Assembly: GCA_964586785.1 (NCBI GenBank)
Contig: CAZPHS010000005.1
Coordinates: 28,402-92,401, forward strand
Source: an uncultured Christensenellaceae bacterium
GTDB lineage: Bacteria > Bacillota > Clostridia > Christensenellales > SZUA-584
Length of the DNA: 64,000 bases
Reading direction: 5' to 3'
A program made the position numbers and the translations under genes. A model generated the notes under the pieces. It searched no databases and was not told the origin of the DNA. It saw only the letters and a program-made list of their open reading frames with translations. Shown piece by piece: positions 48,504-60,716 of this stretch. Numbering within the stretch: the stretch's first letter is position 1; every line of letters begins with the position of its first letter.

Positions 48504-49640
48504 ATGAAAAAAATATTTATTGCTATTGCGGCGGCAATTTTGCTGTGCGCGCCGCAGTCAGCAACGGCCGAAGGCTTAAGCACCAAGGCGAAGGCGGCGA
48601 TATTGGTGGACGCGGGAACGGGAAACGTTCTTTATGAGTTAAACGCGGATGAACAGCTGGAATGCGCGAGCGTAACGAAAATAATGTCTCTTCTGCTTTT
48701 CTGCGAGTCGGAAAAGTCGGGGCGCCTTTCTCTTGCCGATACCGCCGCGATAAGCTCGCACGCTGCGTCAATGCGGGGCACAAGAGTGTTTTTGGACGCC
48801 AATACCACACACAACGTTGAAAATCTGTTTAAGGCGGTGGCGGTATGCAGCGCGAACGACGCGTGCGTCGCCTTGGCGGAAAAGATAGCGGGCAGCGAAC
48901 AGGCGTTTGTTGAGATGATGAACAAAAAGGCGCAGGTGCTGGGGCTTGGCGCGAGCTTTGACAACGCGACGGGCTTAGGAGCGGCAAACAAAATGAGCGC
49001 GCGGGACGCGGCTGTTATATGCCAGGAACTTCTAAAGCATAATTTAGCTTTTAAGTTCGGCGGCGTCTGGATGGAGAACTACATTCATCCGGACGGGCGC
49101 GAAACGGAAATGGTTAACCAGAACAGGCTTGTGCGCTTTTACGAAGGCTGCGACGGTATTGCCACTGGGTCTTCCGCGTCGGCCGGTTACTGCCTTGCCG
49201 CAACCGCGAAAAGGGACGGCGGACGGTTTATATACGTTTCATTTGGCACGCCTGGCAGCGCGGCGCGTTTTGACGAAGCGAAAGGCGCTTTTGATTACGC
49301 GTTCGCGGGGTTTATATCTAAAACAGTTGTGCGGGAAGGGCAGCAGCTCGCGGGGAATCTGGCGGTATCGGGCGGTACGCTGCCCTTTATAAACGTATAT
49401 GCCGCGCGGGAATTCTCGCTGCTTCTCGAGAAAGGCAAGGAGGGCTCTCTTGAAAAGGAGCTTGTTTTGCTGGAGGATATACGCGCGCCGCTCGCGGAGG
49501 GAGAAATTGTAGGTTATCTTAGTATTTCGCTTGACGGTACGGAAATAGGGCGTGTGGACGCGGTAACCGGACAGAACGTTGACGCGCTCAACTTTTTAAA
49601 CGCTTTCAGGCGTATTATGGTTTGGTGGCTTTTTGCATAA
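48504..49640 (+). CDS. dacF: D-alanyl-D-alanine carboxypeptidase (DacF-like)
   Basis: ASVTKIM (SxxK), SANDA (SxN); usual KTG motif appears as ATG (DGIATGS). Confidence 0.8.
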   Translation: MKKIFIAIAAAILLCAPQSATAEGLSTKAKAAILVDAGTGNVLYELNADEQLECASVTKIMSLLLFCESEKSGRLSLADTAAISSHAASMRGTRVFLDANTTHNVENLFKAVAVCSANDACVALAEKIAGSEQAFVEMMNKKAQVLGLGASFDNATGLGAANKMSARDAAVICQELLKHNLAFKFGGVWMENYIHPDGRETEMVNQNRLVRFYEGCDGIATGSSASAGYCLAATAKRDGGRFIYVSFGTPGSAARFDEAKGAFDYAFAGFISKTVVREGQQLAGNLAVSGGTLPFINVYAAREFSLLLEKGKEGSLEKELVLLEDIRAPLAEGEIVGYLSISLDGTEIGRVDAVTGQNVDALNFLNAFRRIMVWWLFA

Positions 49641-49697
49641 CCGGCCGCGTTGACAGTATTAATCGCCTTGCGATAGAATATGAGGCGGAGGGATATG

Positions 49698-50474
49698 ATG
49701 CGTATACTTATTGTCAACGACGACGGCATACACGCAAAGGGTTTGCGAGCCTTAGCCGCGCGTATCGCGCGCAATCACGAGGTTACGGTTGTCGCGCCGG
49801 AATCCGAAAAAAGCGCGACATCCCACGCCATAACATTGCACCGTCCGCTGCGGGCGAGAAAGACTGACAATATAGGGCTTGAGGGCGTTAATTGTTACGT
49901 TGTGGACGGGCTTCCCGTAGACTGCACAAAGATAGGCTTAAGCCACTTAATGCGGGGGAAAGCGGATATTGTTGTTTCGGGCATAAACCACGGTCCTAAC
50001 CTTGGCTCGGATATAGTTTATTCCGGCACCGTCGCCGCCGCGCTTGACGCGGTTATTATGGGCTATAAAGCGCTCGCGGTCTCTTTAGCCGCGCACGCCG
50101 TCGATAATATTAATACCGCCGCCGAGATTGCGGCAAGGCTTATTGACGGCGGGCTGTTTGACGGGGCGCACGAAAATGTGCTTTACAACTTAAACGTGCC
50201 GGATTTGCCGCTGTGCCGTATAAAAGGGCTTAAGGCGGCGGCGCAGGCGCATACGGTATACGACGAATCGGTGGAGCTGCGCGAAGACCCGCGCGGCGGT
50301 AAATACATATGGATAACGGGCGCAATGCGGCAGATAAGCCCCGGAGATAAAACCGACGTCGCTCTTGTAACCGACGGTTACGCGGTTATAACCCCAATAA
50401 AGCATGATTTTACCGCCAAAGACAAAATGGAAACGCTTGAATGCAAGATTAAGGATATAAAATTGCAAACTTGA
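49698..50474 (+). CDS. surE: 5'/3'-nucleotidase SurE
   Basis: ILIVNDDGI, SGINHGPNLG..YSGTVAAA. Confidence 0.93.
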   Translation: MRILIVNDDGIHAKGLRALAARIARNHEVTVVAPESEKSATSHAITLHRPLRARKTDNIGLEGVNCYVVDGLPVDCTKIGLSHLMRGKADIVVSGINHGPNLGSDIVYSGTVAAALDAVIMGYKALAVSLAAHAVDNINTAAEIAARLIDGGLFDGAHENVLYNLNVPDLPLCRIKGLKAAAQAHTVYDESVELREDPRGGKYIWITGAMRQISPGDKTDVALVTDGYAVITPIKHDFTAKDKMETLECKIKDIKLQT

Positions 50475-50524
50475 GTATATTGTGCTACAATAATATCGAA
50501 TAACCGTATCTTGTAGGAGGCAAT

Positions 50525-51391
50525 ATGCAAGACAGCGATATTATCGGATTCATAAAGGAACAACAATCAAAAATGAGCAAGGGACACAAAGCCATTGCGT
50601 CATATATAATAGATCATTATGACACCGCGGCTTTTATTACCGCGGCTAAGCTTGGGGAAACCGTGGGGGTAAGCGAATCGACGGTTGTGCGTTTTGCTTG
50701 CGCTCTTGGGTACAACGGCTATCCGGAACTGCAAAAAAAACTGCAAAAGCTTATACGCTCGAGGCTGACAAACGTGCAGCGCATGGGATTGGGCGCTGAC
50801 ATGCCCGAAGAAGATCTGATAAGATGGTCGCTGCGGAACGATATAACGAGCCTTAGGCATATAAGAGAAGTTTTAGATTATGATATGATGCGCAAAGCCG
50901 CCGACTGTATACTGCAAGCCAACCATGTTTATATTATGGGGCTGCGCTCCAGCGCGCCTCTCGCGCAGTTTTTCTGGTTTTATTTAAACTATATAATAAG
51001 CAAAACAAGTCTTGTAACCTCAAGCGCCGGTGGGGATATATTCGGGCAGCTTATGCACGCCAGGGGGGGAGACCTTGTTATTGCCATCAGCTTTCCGCGC
51101 TATTCATCCCGAACCGTGGACGGCGCGGGCTTTGCCCGCAACAACGGCGCGAAAATAATAGCGGTTACGGATAACGCGTTATCGCCCCTCGCCAATATTT
51201 CTGACGAGAATCTTTTTATTTATTCGGATATGAACCTTTTTGTGGATTCCCTTGCGGCGCCTATGAGCGTTTTAAGCGCGCTTGCGCTTCTTGTGGGAAT
51301 GCGCAAGAAGGACGGGCTTAAAACTAATTTTGAAATGCTGGAAGACTTATGGCGCAAGCATGAGGTATATACGGGCAAGGATGTAAACTGA
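50525..51391 (+). CDS. MurR/RpiR family regulator
   Basis: VGVSESTVVRFA HTH; SIS domain ISFPRYS. Confidence 0.93.
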   Translation: MQDSDIIGFIKEQQSKMSKGHKAIASYIIDHYDTAAFITAAKLGETVGVSESTVVRFACALGYNGYPELQKKLQKLIRSRLTNVQRMGLGADMPEEDLIRWSLRNDITSLRHIREVLDYDMMRKAADCILQANHVYIMGLRSSAPLAQFFWFYLNYIISKTSLVTSSAGGDIFGQLMHARGGDLVIAISFPRYSSRTVDGAGFARNNGAKIIAVTDNALSPLANISDENLFIYSDMNLFVDSLAAPMSVLSALALLVGMRKKDGLKTNFEMLEDLWRKHEVYTGKDVN

Positions 51392-52602
51392 TGGGGAATG
51401 TTTGCGTTATAGGCGGAGGACCGGCGGGTATGGCGGCGGCTTATGCCGCGGCGGAAAACGGACATACCGTCACACTCCTTGAAAAAAACGAAAAGCTTGG
51501 TAAAAAGCTTTTTCTTACGGGAAAAGGGCGGTGCAACATAACAAACGCCGCTCCCATAGAAGATTTTTTCGACAGCGTCGTTAAGGGCGGCGCTTTTTTG
51601 CACAGCGCGTTTTATACATTTGATAACATGCGGCTTTTACAGACGCTTGAGCGGTTCGGGTTTGCCGCGAAAACCGAGCGGGGAGGACGTGTATTTCCGG
51701 TGTCTGATAAATCAAGCGATGTTATCAAAGCGCTTTCAAACGCGCTCGCCGGCGTCGGTGTGCGCGTTAAGCTTAACGCGAAAGCAGATTCGCTTATTAT
51801 AGAAAAGGGCTGCGTCGCCGGCGTTAAATGCGGCGGCAATAAGCTTCCCTTTAACAGCGTTATAGTGGCGACGGGCGGTGTTTCTTATCCGTCGACAGGC
51901 TCCGATGGAGACGGATACCTATTCGCTAAGGCGGCGGGACACAATGTGACGGAGCTTTCCGCGTCGCTTATAGCGTTGGATACCAAAGAGGACACCGCGC
52001 GGCTTTCGGGTCTTACCCTTAAAAATATTGGTTTTACGCTTTTTAAAGACGGATTTAAAGCATATAAAGCTTTGGGCGAGCTTTTGTTTACACATACGGG
52101 CATTTCAGGCCCTTTGGTTTTAACCGCAAGCGCGTATATGGACGGCGGGGCGGATTATTCGGTATCTGTAGATTTAAAGCCGGCGCTCGATGAAAAAACA
52201 CTGGACGCGCGTATTCTGCGCGACATTGCCGAAAAAACAAATCAACGCTTTGCCAGCCTGCTTAAAGGGTTAATACCCGGTTCGCTTGTTCCGCTGATAG
52301 CGGCGCGTTCCGCAATACCGGCGGATTTGCCCGCGCATTCAATAACGCGCGATAGGCGCCGGGCTTTGTGCAAGGCTTTAAAACAGCTTGAGTTTTCGAT
52401 TCGTGCCAAGCGCCCCATTGAAGAAGCCGTCATAACGCGCGGCGGCGTTAGCTTAACGCAGATAGACCCGTCCACAATGCAAAGCAAAATATGCAAGGGA
52501 CTTTACTTCGCCGGAGAGGTGATAGACGCTGACGCGCTAACGGGCGGGTATAATCTTCAGATTGCTTTTTCAACCGGATACCTTGCCGGCGCAAGTTGTT
52601 GA
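51391..52602 (+). CDS. HI0933/YhiN-like flavoprotein
   Basis: GGGPAG, GKGRCNITN, TGGVSYPSTGS, GGYNLQIAFSTG. Confidence 0.92.
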   Translation: MGNVCVIGGGPAGMAAAYAAAENGHTVTLLEKNEKLGKKLFLTGKGRCNITNAAPIEDFFDSVVKGGAFLHSAFYTFDNMRLLQTLERFGFAAKTERGGRVFPVSDKSSDVIKALSNALAGVGVRVKLNAKADSLIIEKGCVAGVKCGGNKLPFNSVIVATGGVSYPSTGSDGDGYLFAKAAGHNVTELSASLIALDTKEDTARLSGLTLKNIGFTLFKDGFKAYKALGELLFTHTGISGPLVLTASAYMDGGADYSVSVDLKPALDEKTLDARILRDIAEKTNQRFASLLKGLIPGSLVPLIAARSAIPADLPAHSITRDRRRALCKALKQLEFSIRAKRPIEEAVITRGGVSLTQIDPSTMQSKICKGLYFAGEVIDADALTGGYNLQIAFSTGYLAGASC

Positions 52603-52627
52603 CAATAACAAGTATCTGTGTTATTAT
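52599..52627 (+). promoter_or_regulatory. Sigma-A promoter of infC operon
   Basis: TTGACA - 17 nt - TATTAT with extended TG. Confidence 0.8.
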
Positions 52628-52637
52628 TTTTTTGCTT

Positions 52638-52737
52638 GAAAGCAGAGACAGCCCGTTTCTCACCTTCCGGCTTTAAGGCCAGGCATGGTAAGCAGCTTAA
52701 GATAAAAAAGTTGACGGGTCTGTGCGCCCGTTTTTTG
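52638..52737 (+). ncRNA. L20 leader (ribosomal protein attenuator)
   Basis: GCAGAGACAGCCCGTTTCTCACC...ACGGG..CCCGT-T6; alternative CCCGT/ACGGG pairing; upstream of infC-rpmI-rplT. Confidence 0.85.
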
Positions 52738-52801
52738 TTTTCGTTAAAAAAGATTTAAGCGAATTTACTATAATCTGAATAAAAATGCGGAGGTGTTTGC
52801 A

Positions 52802-53311
52802 ATAGTAAACGATCATCAGATTAATGAGCAGATTAGGGATAAAAGCGTGCGGCTTATCTCGGAGGACGGAGAGCAGCTTGGTATTGTGTCTGCGCGTGAG
52901 GCTATTGAGATTGCGCAAGAGAGAGGGCTTGACCTTGTAAAAATCTCCCCGGGGGCGCAGCCGCCCGTGTGCAAAATACTTGATTATGGCAAATTCAAGT
53001 TTGAACAGGCGAAAAGGCAAAAGGAAGCTAAGAAAAACCAGCATGTTGTCACTATAAAAGAAATGCGCCTTTCAACGACAATAGACAAGCATGACCTTGA
53101 CGTGAAAGCAAAATGCGTAAGCAAATTTTTAAAGGCGGGCGATAAAGTTAAAGTATCGCTGCGCTTTAGAGGCAGGCAGATGACCCATACGGATAAAGGA
53201 AGGCAGGTTATGGAGTTTTTTTATTCCATGGTGCAGGAGGACGCCGTAATGGAGAAAAGCGCAAAGCTTGAAGGTCGGAGTATGTTCATGATATTAGCAC
53301 CAAAGAACTAA
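52802..53311 (+). CDS. infC: Translation initiation factor IF-3, probable AUA start
   Basis: INEQIR, LDLV.ISP, KEMRLS; GGAGG 8 nt before in-frame ATA. Confidence 0.95.
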   Translation: MVNDHQINEQIRDKSVRLISEDGEQLGIVSAREAIEIAQERGLDLVKISPGAQPPVCKILDYGKFKFEQAKRQKEAKKNQHVVTIKEMRLSTTIDKHDLDVKAKCVSKFLKAGDKVKVSLRFRGRQMTHTDKGRQVMEFFYSMVQEDAVMEKSAKLEGRSMFMILAPKN

Positions 53312-53330
53312 CAAGGAGGACGATGCAGTA

Positions 53331-53528
53331 ATGCCAAAAATTAAAACGCACAGAGGCGCGGCCAAACGGTTTTCGCTGACCAAAAGCGGCAGGGTCAAGA
53401 GAGCCAAAGCTTATAAAAGTCATATACTGACTAAAAAAAGCGCTAAAAGAAAAAGAAACTTAAGGCAGGGTACGTATATAACTGCACAAGAGGAAAAGAA
53501 CGTTAAGCAGCTTATTCCTTATAAATAG
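53331..53528 (+). CDS. rpmI: 50S ribosomal protein L35
   Basis: [14 protein letters not shown]. Confidence 0.97.
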   Translation: MPKIKTHRGAAKRFSLTKSGRVKRAKAYKSHILTKKSAKRKRNLRQGTYITAQEEKNVKQLIPYK

Positions 53529-53549
53529 TCGGCACAGGAGGAAACGAGA

Positions 53550-53906
53550 ATGGCTAGAGTAAAAGGGGCGATAAACGCCCATAAAAGACATAAGAAAGTA
53601 CTAAAGCTCGCGAAGGGGTATTTCGGCGCCAAGTCCAAGCAATTCAGGACGGCTAATCCCGCCGTTATGCGCTCGTTGCGGTATGCCTATGTAGGCCGCA
53701 AGCTGAGAAAAAGAGATTTTCGCAGGCTTTGGATTACGCGCATAAACGCCGAAGCGCGCGTAAACGGGTTAAGCTACTCCCGTCTTATAAACGGTTTGAA
53801 GAATGCCGGTGTTGCCGTAAACAGAAAAATACTCGCGGATATGGCCGTTAACGACAAAACCGCGTTCGCTGGCATGGTAAACGTCGCGAAGAAAAAACAA
53901 AAATAG
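53550..53906 (+). CDS. rplT: 50S ribosomal protein L20
   Basis: [21 protein letters not shown]. Confidence 0.97.
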   Translation: MARVKGAINAHKRHKKVLKLAKGYFGAKSKQFRTANPAVMRSLRYAYVGRKLRKRDFRRLWITRINAEARVNGLSYSRLINGLKNAGVAVNRKILADMAVNDKTAFAGMVNVAKKKQK

Positions 53907-53928
53907 CGCCGGTTACGCAAAACGCTTT

Positions 53929-53957
53929 AAGCCGCCAAATGATACGGCGGCTTTTTT
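53929..53957 (+). terminator. Terminator after rplT
   Basis: AAGCCGCC/GGCGGCTT plus T tract. Confidence 0.8.
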
Positions 53958-54182
53958 ATATGCCGGTATGATTTCGCAAATAGAGCCTTTTAACTGTTCC
54001 GTTTTATAAAATTGCCGCGAAGCATTCGTTTTAATCCGTGCTTTATATTTAGAGCTTTCACGCAAGCGGCTAAGGAGCCGCCGTATTTTATTACGGCTCT
54101 TTTTGCGCGCCGTATCGCTTTCGTTTTGGTTGTCAAAAGACGTACGCAATGATAGTATAGAAATAAAAACAGGGGATTGGCA

Positions 54183-55487
54183 ATGAAGCTTAACTATAAA
54201 TATACGTTTATCGCGGGGCTTGCGTTTCTAACCATATCCGCGTTCTGGCAGCTGTACGACTTTATCATCCCGCTTATATTGCATAATAGATTTGGCGTCG
54301 ATCACACCACATCCGGTTTTATTATGTCTATTGACAATATCATAGCGCTTTTGCTGCTGCCGCTTTTCGGCGCTATTTCCGACAGGACAAATACGGCTAT
54401 GGGGCGAAGGATGCCGTTTGTTATATTCGGTACAATCGCCGCGGTATTGTTTATGATGGCGCTTCCTTTGGCCACACACATGGGCAACATTATATTTTTC
54501 ATGATAGCGCTGGGGCTGGTGCTGCTGGCAATGGCGGTTTACCGCTCTCCGGCGGTCGCGCTTATGCCGGATATAACTCCCAAACCTTTTCGTTCAAAAG
54601 GAAACGCCGTTATCAATCTTATGGGCGCGCTTGGCGGCGCGGTGATATTGTTGTTAAATTCTTTTTTGGCGCCTGATTCCAAAGATCCAAACGCTAATTA
54701 CTGGCCTATTTTTATAGTAACGGCGGGTATAATGATAATTGGAACGGCGGCGTTAAAATCATTTTTAAACGAGCCTAAACTGGTGAAAAAAATGCGCAGC
54801 GACAGCGCGGCGATGGGTATCGACGCGGAAGAGGCTAAAGAAGGCGCGGAGCTTAATTTAAAGAAAGAAAAGCTGCCGCCAAAGGTGCGCGCAAGCATGG
54901 GGCTTATACTTGTGTCCATATCATTATGGTTTATGGGCTATAACGCCGTAACCACCGCTTTTTCCAAATATGCGGTTAACGCCCTTCACATGGAAGAGAG
55001 CCAAGCCTCGCTTATACTTATGGTAGCCATTATAACCGCGACGATTGCGTTTTTACCGGTCGGTATTATATCGACAAGGATTGGCCGGAAAAAGAGCATA
55101 TTGGCGGGAATAGTGCTACTTTCCGCGGTGTTTGGCACCGCGTCTTTGTATACCGAGTTTTCACCGCTTATGTATGTTTCATTCGGTTTGGCCGGCGTGG
55201 CGTGGGCGTGCATAAATGTAAATTCGCTTCCAATGGTGCTTGAGATGTCAAAGGGCGCGAGCGTAGGCAGATATACCGGATATTATTATACTTTTTCTAT
55301 GGCCGCCCAGATTATAACGCCTATACTTTCGGGCGCGCTGCTTGATAATATAGGTTACTTTACGTTGCTGCCTTACGGGTCGCTGTTTGTCGCGCTGGCG
55401 TTTATAACGATGGCGGCGGTAAAGCACGGAGACTCAAAACCGTCCGTACCCGCGGTTAATATTGAATCAGCGGGCGTGGCGGACTGA
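54183..55487 (+). CDS. MFS transporter (SLC45/GPH-like)
   Basis: 12 TM; GAISDRTNTAMGRRMPF, GRYTGYYYTFSM. Confidence 0.88.
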   Translation: MKLNYKYTFIAGLAFLTISAFWQLYDFIIPLILHNRFGVDHTTSGFIMSIDNIIALLLLPLFGAISDRTNTAMGRRMPFVIFGTIAAVLFMMALPLATHMGNIIFFMIALGLVLLAMAVYRSPAVALMPDITPKPFRSKGNAVINLMGALGGAVILLLNSFLAPDSKDPNANYWPIFIVTAGIMIIGTAALKSFLNEPKLVKKMRSDSAAMGIDAEEAKEGAELNLKKEKLPPKVRASMGLILVSISLWFMGYNAVTTAFSKYAVNALHMEESQASLILMVAIITATIAFLPVGIISTRIGRKKSILAGIVLLSAVFGTASLYTEFSPLMYVSFGLAGVAWACINVNSLPMVLEMSKGASVGRYTGYYYTFSMAAQIITPILSGALLDNIGYFTLLPYGSLFVALAFITMAAVKHGDSKPSVPAVNIESAGVAD

Positions 55488-55488
55488 T

Positions 55489-56295
55489 ATGGGTCTGGCG
55501 GCGGCGGCGTTCGCGCTTCTTGTTTTATACGTATTCCTTGTTGCGCCGGGACGCTTGCCAAACAACGGCCGCGATATTTTTCCGGCCAGGTTTTATGCGC
55601 ATCGCGGGCTGCATACAAAAGACGGAGCCGTGCCCGAAAACTCGCCTTTGGCTTTCGAGGCGGCGGCGGCGGCGGGTTACGGAATTGAGCTGGACGTTCA
55701 TATAACATCCGACGGGAAGGCGGTAGTTTTTCACGACGATGATTTGCTGCGTATGTGCGGCGTGTCAAAGAAGGTTAAGGAATGCGCATATAAAGAGCTT
55801 CTCGTATATCGGCTGCTTGATACGGACGAGAAAATACCGCTGTTAAGCGATGTTCTTCGTCAAATCGACGGGCGCTGCCCGCTTGTGGTGGAGCTTAAAA
55901 ACGGCCGGAAAAACAAAACGCTGTGCGAGAAGACGGCGGAGCTGCTGGACAGTTACAGCGGCGCGTACTGCATAGAGTCGTTTCATCCCATGATTGTAAG
56001 GTGGTTTTACAAAAACAGGCCTAATGTTGTGCGCGGGCAGCTTGCGGCGGGGCGCAGGCAGTATAAAGGCGTTCCTTTCTTACAGGGAGCGCTGCTTTCG
56101 GCTTTGTTGACAAATGTGCTCGGGCGTCCGCACTTTGTGGCGTACAGGCACGAGGATGCCAAAAAACGTATATCTCTTAAGGTTGTCCGGTTGTTTGGAG
56201 CCAAGCTTGCCGGCTGGACGGTGCGCGGCGCGGATGATTTACCGTTCTGCAAGCGTTTTTTTGACGCAATAATATTTGAGCTTTTTAATCCGTAA
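55489..56295 (+). CDS. Glycerophosphodiester phosphodiesterase
   Basis: AHRG, PENS, IELDV, VFHDD, VELK motifs. Confidence 0.9.
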   Translation: MGLAAAAFALLVLYVFLVAPGRLPNNGRDIFPARFYAHRGLHTKDGAVPENSPLAFEAAAAAGYGIELDVHITSDGKAVVFHDDDLLRMCGVSKKVKECAYKELLVYRLLDTDEKIPLLSDVLRQIDGRCPLVVELKNGRKNKTLCEKTAELLDSYSGAYCIESFHPMIVRWFYKNRPNVVRGQLAAGRRQYKGVPFLQGALLSALLTNVLGRPHFVAYRHEDAKKRISLKVVRLFGAKLAGWTVRGADDLPFCKRFFDAIIFELFNP

Positions 56296-56343
56296 AAAAG
56301 GCTGTCCGCCTTATGTATTAACGGTTTAATCAAGGAAGTGCGT

Positions 56344-56838
56344 ATGATAATTTTGGGCATAGATCCCGGGCTGGCGCTTTTAGGTTACGGCGTTCTGCTG
56401 CTGCGCGATAACCGCCTTTCTCTTATAGAATGTGGTACAATAGTTACCGAGGCGGGTATGCCGCTGCCGCGCAGGCTGAAAATAATATACGAAAACATAG
56501 GAGCGCTGATTTTAAAACACGCGCCCGACTGCATAGCGTTTGAGGAGCTTTTTTTCGGGCGAAACACAAAAACGGCTATACAGGTTGCGCAGGCGCGCGG
56601 AGCCGCCATGGCGGCGGCGTTTTCCGCCGGCGCGGAGCTTTTTGAATATACGCCTATGCAGATAAAACAGGCAATAACAGGCTACGGTCACGCGGATAAG
56701 AATCAGGTGCAGCAGATGGTGCGCCTTCTGCTTAGCCTTAAGGAGGTTATAACCCCAAACGACGCGGCCGACGCCGTGGCGTGCGCCATATGTCACGCTC
56801 ATTCAAGCCGGTTCGCGGATAAATTTCGAATCAAATAA
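56344..56838 (+). CDS. ruvC: Holliday junction resolvase RuvC
   Basis: ILGIDPG, FEELFF, YTPMQIK, DAADA. Confidence 0.96.
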   Translation: MIILGIDPGLALLGYGVLLLRDNRLSLIECGTIVTEAGMPLPRRLKIIYENIGALILKHAPDCIAFEELFFGRNTKTAIQVAQARGAAMAAAFSAGAELFEYTPMQIKQAITGYGHADKNQVQQMVRLLLSLKEVITPNDAADAVACAICHAHSSRFADKFRIK

Positions 56839-56847
56839 GGGGCGGGT

Positions 56848-57432
56848 ATGTACGAATATATAAAGGGCGAGGTAATAAACACCGAAACAGACTGCGCCGT
56901 CGTCGAGACGGGCGGTATAGGCTACCGCATTTACACCACAACACAATCGCTGTTTCACATAAAAACGGGGCGGAGCGCAAAGCTTTTCTGCCGATTTGTC
57001 GTGCGCGAAGATTCGCACACGCTGTACGGTTTTGTAACGCCGGAAGAAAGAGAAATGTTTGTGCGGCTGACGAGTGTTTCGGGTATAGGACCAAAGGCGG
57101 CTTTAGCCGTGCTCTCGGCAATGAAGGTGGGCGAGCTTGCCGCCGCCATAATAACGTCCGACGAAAGCGCTTTGACGAAGGTTTCGGGCATAGGAAAAAA
57201 AACGGCGCAGCGAATTATAATCGATCTTTCGGGTAAGATACAAAGCGCGGAAATTTCATATACCGGAGGCGGAGCGGAAGGGGCGGCAGACAAGGAAATG
57301 GAGGCTGTAAGCGCTCTTGTGTCGTTAGGCTACAACCGCGCGGAAGCGGTGCGCGCCGTCTCGTCAGTACGGAATCTGGCGGATACAACCGAGGAGCTTA
57401 TACTTTTGGCGTTAAAACGCATGGGCACATAG
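56848..57432 (+). CDS. ruvA: Holliday junction branch migration protein RuvA
   Basis: VREDSHTLYGF, VSGIGPK, SGIGKKTAQRI. Confidence 0.96.
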   Translation: MYEYIKGEVINTETDCAVVETGGIGYRIYTTTQSLFHIKTGRSAKLFCRFVVREDSHTLYGFVTPEEREMFVRLTSVSGIGPKAALAVLSAMKVGELAAAIITSDESALTKVSGIGKKTAQRIIIDLSGKIQSAEISYTGGGAEGAADKEMEAVSALVSLGYNRAEAVRAVSSVRNLADTTEELILLALKRMGT

Positions 57433-57446
57433 GGGAGGAATAACAA

Positions 57447-58484
57447 TTGGACGAGAACAGGATAGTATCCGCACAATACAGCGAGGCGGACGCCGCCAAC
57501 GAATTATCTTTGCGTCCGGCCGCTTTGTGCGAATACATCGGCCAGCAGAAGGTAAAGGAAAACCTAAGGGTTTTTATAGACGCGGCGAAAAAACGCTCGG
57601 AACCGCTCGACCATGTGCTGTTGTACGGACCCCCGGGGCTTGGCAAAACCACGCTCGCGTATATAATAGCGACTGAGCTGGGGGCGGGCATACGCGTTAC
57701 CTCGGGTCCGGCGATAGAGCGTCCGGGAGATTTGGCTTCCGTTCTTACCAATCTAAACAAAGGCGATGTGCTTTTTATTGACGAGATACACCGTTTAAAC
57801 AGCAGCGTTGAGGAAGTGCTGTACCCCGCTATGGAAGATTTCGCGCTGGATATTATAATAGGCAAAGGTCCGTCCGCGCGTACATTGAGGCTGGGGCTTC
57901 AGCCGTTTACTTTGGTAGGCGCAACAACCCGGGCGGGAATGCTGACATCGCCTTTAAGAGACCGTTTCGGGGTAATTAATAGGCTGCAGATGTACAGCGC
58001 CGAAGAACTTGGGGAAATTGTAATGCGTTCCGCGGGCATACTGAATATAAAGATAGATGAAGACGCCGCAATAGAGATAGCGTCGCGCTCGCGAGGCACG
58101 CCGCGGGTGGCGAACAGGCTGTTAAAGCGCGTGCGCGATTTCGCGGAGATAGTCGGCGAAGGGCGCGTTACGCTTGATATCGCGCGGTATGGTTTGGAGA
58201 AGCTGGAGGTTGACGAGATAGGGCTTGACGGCGTGGACAAGGCAATACTGGAAACGATTATTCATAAGTTTGGCGGAGGACCGGTCGGCCTCGATACGCT
58301 GTGCGCCGCGACGAATGAAGAGAGCGTGACTATAGAGGACGTGTACGAGCCGTTTTTGATTCAGCTTGGTTTTATAAGCAAAACTCCGCGCGGGCGCGTG
58401 GCGACGCAGCTTGCGTACGCGCATTTGGGCTGCCCCTGCGACGGCCAAAGCCTGCAGATGCGCATTGACTTAACGGAGGAATGA
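57447..58484 (+). CDS. ruvB: Holliday junction helicase RuvB
   Basis: [21 protein letters not shown]. Confidence 0.97.
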   Translation: MDENRIVSAQYSEADAANELSLRPAALCEYIGQQKVKENLRVFIDAAKKRSEPLDHVLLYGPPGLGKTTLAYIIATELGAGIRVTSGPAIERPGDLASVLTNLNKGDVLFIDEIHRLNSSVEEVLYPAMEDFALDIIIGKGPSARTLRLGLQPFTLVGATTRAGMLTSPLRDRFGVINRLQMYSAEELGEIVMRSAGILNIKIDEDAAIEIASRSRGTPRVANRLLKRVRDFAEIVGEGRVTLDIARYGLEKLEVDEIGLDGVDKAILETIIHKFGGGPVGLDTLCAATNEESVTIEDVYEPFLIQLGFISKTPRGRVATQLAYAHLGCPCDGQSLQMRIDLTEE

Positions 58485-60627
<2,143 letters not shown>

Positions 60628-60642
60628 GCAGCAACCGGTAAC

Positions 60643-60670
60643 GAAAAAGGGCAAGCATCAAACTTGCCCT
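60643..60670 (-). terminator. Terminator between convergent tgt and clpX
   Basis: AGGGCAAG/CTTGCCCT stem with A tract on plus strand (U tract on minus). Confidence 0.65.
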
Positions 60671-60716
60671 GCAGAACCATAAAAATGCCGGCGCCGCCAC
60701 ATCTTTTTGTATCTTA

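Noticed and set aside
51063-51069. G7 tract in the RpiR gene as a phase-variation site
   Set aside because: Short, in frame, and in a housekeeping-type regulator
53913-54149. 78-aa minus-strand ORF between rplT and the MFS gene
   Set aside because: Runs through the rplT terminator, has no RBS, and its composition does not look protein-like
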